14,025 nucleotides of DNA. It comes from an uncultured Verrucomicrobiota bacterium. Lineage in GTDB: Bacteria; Verrucomicrobiota; Verrucomicrobiia; Limisphaerales; UBA1319. Location of the stretch: positions 1-14,025 of the forward strand of contig CAIMWS010000183.1 of the NCBI GenBank assembly GCA_903845125.1. The letters run 5' to 3'. Each line of letters starts with the position of its first letter. The first letter of the stretch is position 1. A program made the position numbers and the translations under genes. The notes under the pieces are model-generated. The model was not told the DNA's origin. It saw only the letters and a program-made list of their open reading frames with translations, and searched no databases. Below, piece after piece: positions 7,752 to 14,025 of this stretch.

Positions 7752-9383
7752 TTACCGGCTGCTCGGAGGCGTTACCGAACTGTCCCGTTCCTGCCGGATT
7801 GCGATGGGCACATACCCGGCTTCCATACCTTTGGGTGGATTGACGAGCAGCGCGGGGTCAAGCTCGCAGAGCGTTCCGATCGTTGCCGGGGCCAGGTAAT
7901 CCCGGTCCTTGGGCCAGGAGCGATGGATCTTCTCCACGCGCTTCTGGAGTTGTTCACGCTCCTCGTCCGTAAGATCCGCCTTGAGCAGCGCCGGCTGATC
8001 CGCAAACCGATACCAGTAATACGTCACTACACTGCCGTCGCCTGGCCGCGCCTGGAAGGGACCCGCCGCGGGCCCCGGCTTTTTCCAGCAGCTTTCCTTG
8101 TTGATCGGCGTCGTGCGCGGCTCGGGGGCCGCTTCGAACGGGCGGGTAAAGCTCGCGCTCGCCAGCCTGGTGTCTGCGGGCACGTCCTTCGGTGAGATCG
8201 GCGTCCACTCTGGCTTCTGGTGGGCGTTGGTCGTGAGCTGAAAATACTCTGGCAATCTGACGAGTGAACCATGGGTGGTAGTTGCGCGCGTCAACTGCTC
8301 GCTCCAACTGTAACCGAAAGTCAGCGGGTCGGGTGTGTAGGGGCTGGCGAATGTCTTCCAGGCCAGTGGCACCGGTTCCTCCCCCTTTTTCGGCGGCCAA
8401 AGCTTCCATCCGGCCCCGCCATCCTTGATTTTCGCCACCTCCGCACCCTTGGGATTGATCGCTCCGCTCACCTCTGGACCTCCTTCAAACCACCGTGTTA
8501 CATCGTTCCAAAGCGCCTCCTTGTTATAGACGGTCACCCGATGCATCAGCACGCAGTTGCCATTCGTGTCCACGGGGAACAAGGTGGCCGCCGAGCGGAA
8601 GTAGGAACCCTTCTCCGCAACCTCGAAAACCCGCACCGGGATATAGGCTGTCTCCATGGACATCGGCTTGTTCGGCTGGCCCGGACGCGCGTCCAGCAAC
8701 TGGCCGGCCCATTCCCGCTTCTCCACCGTGGTGTGCGACCAAAAGTGGGGCGTGAAAAACGCGACTGGGCCCTTGAAGTTCCTGGTGCTCAGAAACAACG
8801 TCCAGGAATGGTTTCCAGTGGGAACCTTGGCGCCATCGGTGGTCGGCTTGGCCGCTGTGAGCGGCAGCGCGAGGTAGCCGTAACCGAACAGCTGGCCGCA
8901 CGTCCCCTGCCGAACATTCAGCCCATCCAGTGGGAAAAGCAGCCACGGACTGAGCTGGGCAAGGCCGTAGAGACCGCCGTTGCCCCAACCATGCGAGGGG
9001 CCATTGGCGATCGCGCTGAAGTTCGGCCCCACGCCGCCCATGATGAATTTCGGCGTCTCCGTGGGGAAATGCGTGTCCGTCCACCAACCGAGACCCCCTT
9101 CGATGTCGGAGTAGAGCTTGTCGGGACCACGCCCATCATACTGTGGATGCATCCACGTGCCGAAGAGCCCGCTTTGGAACCGATTCCCAGGATACTTCTC
9201 CAGCAGTGGCCACGCCGCCGTATAGAAGGAAAATCCCACGTTGAAAGACGCCGGCACCTGGTTATGGCCAATGCTCAAATAGCCGCCAATGTTCATCTCC
9301 CGCAACTCCTCCGCAGCTTGCAGCGAACCCATGGAGCCCATCAGCACGGTTGCCAGGATTACGTTCCTTCTAAAATGCCTCAT
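7752..9383 (-). CDS. Secreted hypothetical protein, 544 aa, Trp/Gly/Pro-rich, possibly carbohydrate-active. The start at ATG 9383 is inferred and has an AGGAGA Shine-Dalgarno 6 nt upstream; the ORF-track start at 9518 adds 45 residues of non-protein-like sequence.
   Basis: MRHFRRNVILATVLMGSMGSLQAAEE is a signal-peptide-like N-terminus. Composition is protein-like throughout, and the ORF has the same orientation as the esterase gene and begins 12 nt after it. No family motif was recognised by eye. Confidence 0.6.
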   Translation of the reverse strand: MRHFRRNVILATVLMGSMGSLQAAEELREMNIGGYLSIGHNQVPASFNVGFSFYTAAWPLLEKYPGNRFQSGLFGTWMHPQYDGRGPDKLYSDIEGGLGWWTDTHFPTETPKFIMGGVGPNFSAIANGPSHGWGNGGLYGLAQLSPWLLFPLDGLNVRQGTCGQLFGYGYLALPLTAAKPTTDGAKVPTGNHSWTLFLSTRNFKGPVAFFTPHFWSHTTVEKREWAGQLLDARPGQPNKPMSMETAYIPVRVFEVAEKGSYFRSAATLFPVDTNGNCVLMHRVTVYNKEALWNDVTRWFEGGPEVSGAINPKGAEVAKIKDGGAGWKLWPPKKGEEPVPLAWKTFASPYTPDPLTFGYSWSEQLTRATTTHGSLVRLPEYFQLTTNAHQKPEWTPISPKDVPADTRLASASFTRPFEAAPEPRTTPINKESCWKKPGPAAGPFQARPGDGSVVTYYWYRFADQPALLKADLTDEEREQLQKRVEKIHRSWPKDRDYLAPATIGTLCELDPALLVNPPKGMEAGYVPIAIRQERDSSVTPPSSR

Positions 9384-9394
9384 CCTGTCTCCTG

Positions 9395-10612
9395 TCATGG
9401 GGTCTTCTGCAGCTCCCCCAACGCCTCGGCAAAGGCTTTGCCCATGAGCGCAAAGGTCTTCGCGCAACCGAGATAATGATAACCGGCGTTCGACCCGTTG
9501 TGCTGGTAGTACTTCCATTCTTCGGGTGTGAAATTCTCCGCCATGTGTTTCATCTTGTTCTCCCAGGATTCATCCTTCTCTGCTTTGACTTTGGCGTCCA
9601 CCTTGGGCCAGTTTGCCTCCACCCGCTTTTGCAGCGCTTCCAGTTGATCATCCCAGAAGGGAGCCGTCTGCACCGCGACGACATTTCCTTGAAACTCCGG
9701 CAGCAGGGACGGCGCCGCCATCGCCTTGCGGAAGGCCACCATTTCCTTGCCTGCTTTGAGGCCATTGAACCCGGCGACACCGATCACAAAGGGCATCTTC
9801 GGCGCCGACAGGTCTTTGCGGATGTCGCGGATGAACAGCGCCATGAGCCGCCCATATTCGTCAAAGCGTTTTTCGCCCCACGCGGGGGGATACCACCACC
9901 CATCGCACCAATCGTTCCATGCCTGCAGCCAGACGAAGCCAGCCAGCTCGTAACCCTGCTGCGGATCATATCCCGGGACCACCCGCTTGATGTCACTCAA
10001 CACCTTTCGCACATGTTCGACCGTATAGCGGTAGTACACGCCCAGGCGTTTGTCCTCCTCTTGTTGAGCCTTGTCGATATCGCCCTTTCGCTCCCGGATC
10101 CTGCCCTTGATATAGTCGTGCAATGGCTGGGGGCCGGCGCTGGGCGGGCGGAAATCGGTGTGCAGACTCTTGCCGCCCCAGGCCGTCTTGATGATCAGGA
10201 TCGGTTCCTGGATCGCCTTGCTGATATAAATGCCAAAGGTGAACTCCGGCCCGATCTTGTCCCCTGGTTTGCCATGGTCCATGCCCCACAGCGACCCGTA
10301 GCCGGCGGTCATCCGGCCGGTGGTCTCGATGGTATTGTTGTTGCCCTCACCGGTCAGATACGAGAGCCATACGTTTTGGCAGACGACCGGCTTCCCGTCG
10401 GGGCCGATCATCTCCCGGTACATGGGCGCGGTGGCTGGATCATCTCCAATGCCTTCGATGGTTCTGATGTGTGCCGGTCCCTCCATGTTCGACTGCCCGG
10501 CGAGGATAAACACCTTCAGCGGTTTGGCTTCCACCTGGCTGGCCGCCGCCACCATCAAGCCAGCCATCACCTCAACGAGCCACTGCTTCACACTGGGTCC
10601 TTTGTTTTTCAT
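9395..10612 (-). CDS. Sialate O-acetylesterase-like SGNH/SASA (DUF303) family carbohydrate esterase, 406 aa with a signal peptide. The start at ATG 10612 is inferred, with GGAG upstream.
   Basis: The hallmark motif FILAGQSNMEG (GQSNM catalytic-Ser block of the SASA family) sits near the N-terminus after the signal peptide MKNKGPSVKQWLVEVMAGLMVAAASQVEA. Length and spacing are typical of the family. The ORF-track start at 10768 adds a non-protein-like leader. Confidence 0.8.
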   Translation of the reverse strand: MKNKGPSVKQWLVEVMAGLMVAAASQVEAKPLKVFILAGQSNMEGPAHIRTIEGIGDDPATAPMYREMIGPDGKPVVCQNVWLSYLTGEGNNNTIETTGRMTAGYGSLWGMDHGKPGDKIGPEFTFGIYISKAIQEPILIIKTAWGGKSLHTDFRPPSAGPQPLHDYIKGRIRERKGDIDKAQQEEDKRLGVYYRYTVEHVRKVLSDIKRVVPGYDPQQGYELAGFVWLQAWNDWCDGWWYPPAWGEKRFDEYGRLMALFIRDIRKDLSAPKMPFVIGVAGFNGLKAGKEMVAFRKAMAAPSLLPEFQGNVVAVQTAPFWDDQLEALQKRVEANWPKVDAKVKAEKDESWENKMKHMAENFTPEEWKYYQHNGSNAGYHYLGCAKTFALMGKAFAEALGELQKTP

Positions 10613-10796
10613 GGTTTTGTTTACTCCACTTTCTTCTCTTGGGTTGGCGTGGTCAGACCATGGCCTCTGGTGCAGCATCCCAAATCTCCCTGGCGGCCAA
10701 CGCGGCGAACGCTGCCGTATCGATTCCGACACGCTGCGTAAAAACTGCCTCACCCACTTTGCTGGCACACGGCCTTGGAATCATGCGGGTCTGTCC

Positions 10797-10815
10797 GGAA
10801 ATATGTGCATATTCC
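10797..10815. other. Imperfect inverted repeat GGAA(A)TATG-TG-CATATTCC abutting the stop codon of the restriction-modification gene. Possible hairpin or operator; no U-tract follows.
   Basis: Read from sequence: ggaaatatgtgcatattcc. The right arm overlaps TAG (plus cta at 10815-10817). Confidence 0.3.
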
Positions 10816-13294
10816 TATCTACTTGCGGCCAAGCCTTCACGCAAGAAGGAACTCCATGCCTGGCACCGCCGCACCGCTTCGTCCACATCCTGCAACCGCG
10901 TCTTGTCCGCCGCCAGGAACACCAGCGTGTTCCGGTAAATGCGCGGGTGTTGTTGAGCGACCGACGAATCGCCGCACGCACAGGCTCCGAGAGCTTCTCG
11001 CTCTTGGGAACCTTCTGCTGACCCGAGAACCAGGTGTCGCGGATTTCGGCGTAGGTTCGCGAAGGATGGCTTGCGAACAGGAGCTTGCGGTGCAGGAGCT
11101 CCCGGGTGGCGTGTGTGAGGAGAGCTGTTGGGGCGAGTTTCACCGCAGAGCAATGCCGCTGGACAATTGCCGTGGTGGAGCCTTGTGCCTCGGTAGAGTG
11201 ATCGCCCAGGGGCCAGAACCTGTTGTAGAGGGCTTTGTCGAAATTCCTGGACGGGGCGAAACTCCACAACGGGGCTTGCGGCTTCACGCTCTCGAAGAGG
11301 CGCGCGTAATCCTCGAATTGGCGTCTCTTTTCCAAGAAGCGGATTTTTGCCTCCTGGGGCATCGCGGCGATGGTGGCATAGCGCACGGCCTTGCGAGCGG
11401 TTTGCTTGTGCCCGCTGCGATAGCCAAGGAATAGGAGCCGTCCTTGCAGAGTCGAGAAGAGGCTCTCGGTTTGAAGGCCGCGGCGGGAATCCGAGTCGAT
11501 CCCGAGGACCCAGATTTCGTCGAAGAAACGCAGTAACCACTCCCGCGCGAACTGGTATGTGGGTTTGTCGGCGAAGGAGCTCGGAAGGACAAGGCTAACC
11601 ATCCCTGGAGCGTGAAGGTCCAAGCGAGCGCACCCCCATCTGAGAAACTTTACGAACTCGTTTCGGAGTTGTTTTTGAGTGTTTTGTCTTGCAGAGCGGG
11701 AGCCCTCCGGTGGACGCCAATCTTCGAGGAGCTGTAGAATGGCCGTCTGGTTGGGGACCTGGCGCTCCTTTTGGTGCTGGGGATCGATTGACGGGGGGTT
11801 CCCGATGATGAGCGTCAGCGGTGGAGTGGATAGTCGTTTCGCGTCTTGCTGCTCCTGCGCGAAAGGGTTTGTCGGTCTCGTAGTGTGAGCAGCATTCTGA
11901 AGGGCGTCGGCGAGGGTGTCCGTCAGAAGGACTTTGACCGCGTGGGGATAGGCTCTATGCGAAAGCATGTTCAGCCTGTAGTGGGCCAACGCGTAAGGGC
12001 CTGGGAGAATTTCCAAGCCTGTAAGAGAAGCCTTGAATCCGCGCGGCCGGGTTGTTGCTAGGAGTGCTTCGATGAAGGAGCCGGTGCCGCAGCACGGGTC
12101 TACTATTCGATTCCCTCGGTCGAAGAGCGTGGTGGGAGCAAGGCGAACCGATGCCAGCGCAGCGGCAATACCCGTGGCAAATGCTGCTACCGGCCTGGGT
12201 GTATAGAATGCGCCATAGTTGAATCTGGTGGACGGGTCGTAAGCGGTCAAAAAACGTTCGAAGAGCGTATGATAGTCAGGGGCGGTGCGTTGCTTGGTAG
12301 TGAGGTGGACGTGGGCCAGCATCATGCGACAGTCATTGTACCATGTGCCGACGGCGCCAAGTGAGGTGCCTCCGAGTTCCCTTCCTAGTGTCTGGACCAA
12401 GGCGCGGAATGGCCTAAGGTGCGCGGATTGTTGCTTGTAGACAACGTGTGCCCAGAAAGCATGCATCTTGTTGTACCGGGTGATTGAGGCGTCCGCGGGC
12501 TGGAGTACGATCCGGTGCGCGTAGACAAGACCGAAGATGAGCACTTGCGCAACGAAGTCAGCGAACGCCTCCGGGGTCTTAAGATTTGCGTCCTGGTGCG
12601 TCGCGAGTAGTTGTTTGAGTCTGCGGAGTGCGTTAATTGTTCTGTTTTCAGAGGCAGTGAGGCCGGAGCCAACCGGAGCACCGGCGAGTTCGGTGACGGC
12701 GCGGGCCAGTTGTGTGGCTCTCAGTGCACACTCTTCGATGAGCTGGTCTTCGGTGCACTCGCGCAGGCCGGTGTCCTTGAAGAAGGTGCGCAGAGCGTTC
12801 TCCATGCGAGGGTCGGGCTCCGCGGAGAGGAGGCTGCGGAGGTGCAAGGGCTTCGTCAGAAGTGAGCATTCCGTGACCTGACGTGTGACGGGATCGAAAA
12901 AGTGAAATTCGATGCCGTCTGTGACGATCAGTCGTTGCTTGAGTGTCGCGTATTTGGAGAACTGCTCAGCGTGAGATCTGAGGTTGAGCTTGTGGAGGAT
13001 GTCCGGAGGTTTTGCCTCGCAATACCCGTAAACTCCTAGGTTGGAAGCATTGTGAAACCGCCAGTCCGGACGCCCGGCCTTGCCCTGGCTTCGGGGCTCA
13101 TGAACTATCTTAATTTCCTTGCTGATTGCTTGAGTGGCCCGTCCGAAGAATGTGTTCAAGGTGTGACGGAAAGAGAGTTCGGGTGTGGCTTCTCCGGATG
13201 TGACCGCTGTGGAGAGTGCACCGTGAAGTTCCCTAAGGTAGTCCTTGGCTAGGCGGCAGAAATTCACTATTTGGGCTCCTTTTGCTTCAAGCAT
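10815..13294 (-). CDS. Type IIG/IIL (MmeI/BpuSI-like) single-chain restriction-modification enzyme: N-terminal PD-(D/E)xK nuclease motif plus a gamma-class N6-adenine DNA methyltransferase. It is probably frameshifted near 10945-10960 with a non-canonical motif IV, so it may be a pseudogene. The continuous ORF in the track is 10781-13309.
   Basis: Nuclease motif GRPDWRF...GVYGYCEAK (D82...E98-x-K100), comparable in position to the D-x(n)-E-x-K block of MmeI-family enzymes. MTase motif X GAFYTPRPVAAF (366-377). Motif I (FxGxG-like) IVDPCCGTGSFIEAL (402-416). Motif IV LIIGNPPS (500-507), where the canonical motif is (N/D/S)PP(Y/F/W/H). The last 59 residues of the main frame (...AFTGTRWCSWRRTRRGCRMWTKRCGG...) are Arg/Cys/Trp garbage. 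An alternative frame over the same DNA reads the plausible ...IYRNTLVFLAADKTRLQDVDEAVRRCQAWSSFLREGLAASR* and ends at 10815. The first ATG is at 13294; the track's TTG is at 13309. Confidence 0.6.
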
Positions 13295-13899
13295 TTCTGA
13301 GAGTGACAAAGCAGAATGTGGCGGCCCAGGACCTCAGCAAGTCGGGGTGGCACGGCGTTGCCAATCTGCCGGGCGATATCCACCTTTCCCCCGGAGAATC
13401 TGAAGCGTTCAGGGAAGGTCTGCAGGAGGGCGCCCTCGCGAAGCGTTATGCTGCGAAGCTGGTCAGGATGACCAAACTTGCCGCGCGTGAAACTGTCAAA
13501 ACGCGCGGTGATTGTTGGCGCCACCTCGTCCCAGGCCATCCGCCCGTAGACATAGCGGTGGCCGATCTTGTCGGAATCCAACCGGTGACAGTCAGCCAAC
13601 AGATTCTTGGGAAGGGATTGGCGACCCTGGCCTTGCTGCAATGCGGCGAGCCGCTGCTTATTGAGGGGTGAGATTCGGTCGCGGCGGTGATGCGGCCATT
13701 CCGGATGATCGGACCCGTCATCGGGAGGCGGGGGAAGAAAGCCGATCGTGTCACGAACAGTTGGGGTGGCGGCTCCAGTGCCGGGGTCCGGAAAGGAGAA
13801 TGTGGAGAGACCCAACTCATGGCTCTCGCCAACGACGAATACGCGTTTTCGCCGTTGTGGGACGCCGTAGTCCTGCGCATCGAGAGCAATAGGGCTCAC
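13267..13899 (-). pseudogene. 5'-truncated C5-cytosine DNA methyltransferase (Dcm-type) fragment. It keeps only motif VIII, the target-recognition region and motifs IX-X; the catalytic PCQ and ENV motifs are absent.
   Basis: Motif VIII LDAQDYGVPQRRKRVFVVG sits at residues 6-24. Motif IX RSITLREGALLQTFPERFRF. Motif X ARQIGNAVPPRLAEVLG. The ORF opens with GTG immediately after an in-frame TAA (13900-13902). None of the three minus-strand frames of 13900-14025 encodes C5-MTase motifs I-VI. Confidence 0.75.
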
Positions 13900-14025
13900 T
13901 TAAATTGACCCACCTCTGCTCAGATAAACTGAGCCACTGATGCTACAGAGGAAGCGGTGCTTTTTTCTTTCCAAGTAGCAGTTTCCAATGAGCTGCCAGG
14001 AGGCAGGAACTGATCGATTGAGTTC

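Noticed and set aside
10781-10957. C-terminal 59 residues of the 842-aa ORF (AFTGTRWCSWRRTRRGCRMW...)
   Set aside because: Arg/Cys/Trp-rich, non-protein-like. The alternative frame over the same DNA is protein-like and ends at 10815, so the tail is interpreted as post-frameshift read-through rather than real sequence.

Overview
This is a high-GC (about 60-65%) bacterial chromosomal window with very GC3-rich coding. The gene content (flotillin, a PQQ-type beta-propeller with a signal peptide, a SASA/DUF303 esterase, secreted hypotheticals) is compatible with a Verrucomicrobia/Planctomycetes-like organism, but that is inference only. Layout from left to right:

- 1-420: an AT-rich leader followed by an unusual array of degenerate heptanucleotide tandem repeats.
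- 839-2599 (+): a flotillin-like SPFH/band-7 protein.
- 2742-5696 (+): a large soluble hybrid two-component protein, REC - coiled coil - MEDS-like - PAS x2 - HisKA_3 - HATPase_c. Both plus-strand genes start inside the same 13-nt string, GGATTACGATATG.
- 5697-6166: a repeat-rich 470-bp gap between convergent genes, with a candidate intrinsic terminator for the minus-strand gene.
- 6167-7414 (-): a secreted PQQ-like beta-propeller protein.
- 7752-10612 (-): a two-gene minus-strand unit, sialate O-acetylesterase-like (SASA/GQSNM) then a 544-aa secreted hypothetical.
- 10815-13899 (-): what looks like a decaying restriction-modification remnant. It holds a Type IIG/IIL (MmeI-like) nuclease plus gamma-class N6-adenine methyltransferase gene with a non-canonical motif IV (NPPS) and an apparent C-terminal frameshift. 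Next to it is a 5'-truncated C5-cytosine DNA methyltransferase fragment (motifs VIII-X only).

Most other long ORFs in the track are antisense or frame-shadow ORFs typical of GC-rich DNA. No rRNA, tRNA, CRISPR, transposase or integrase was recognised.
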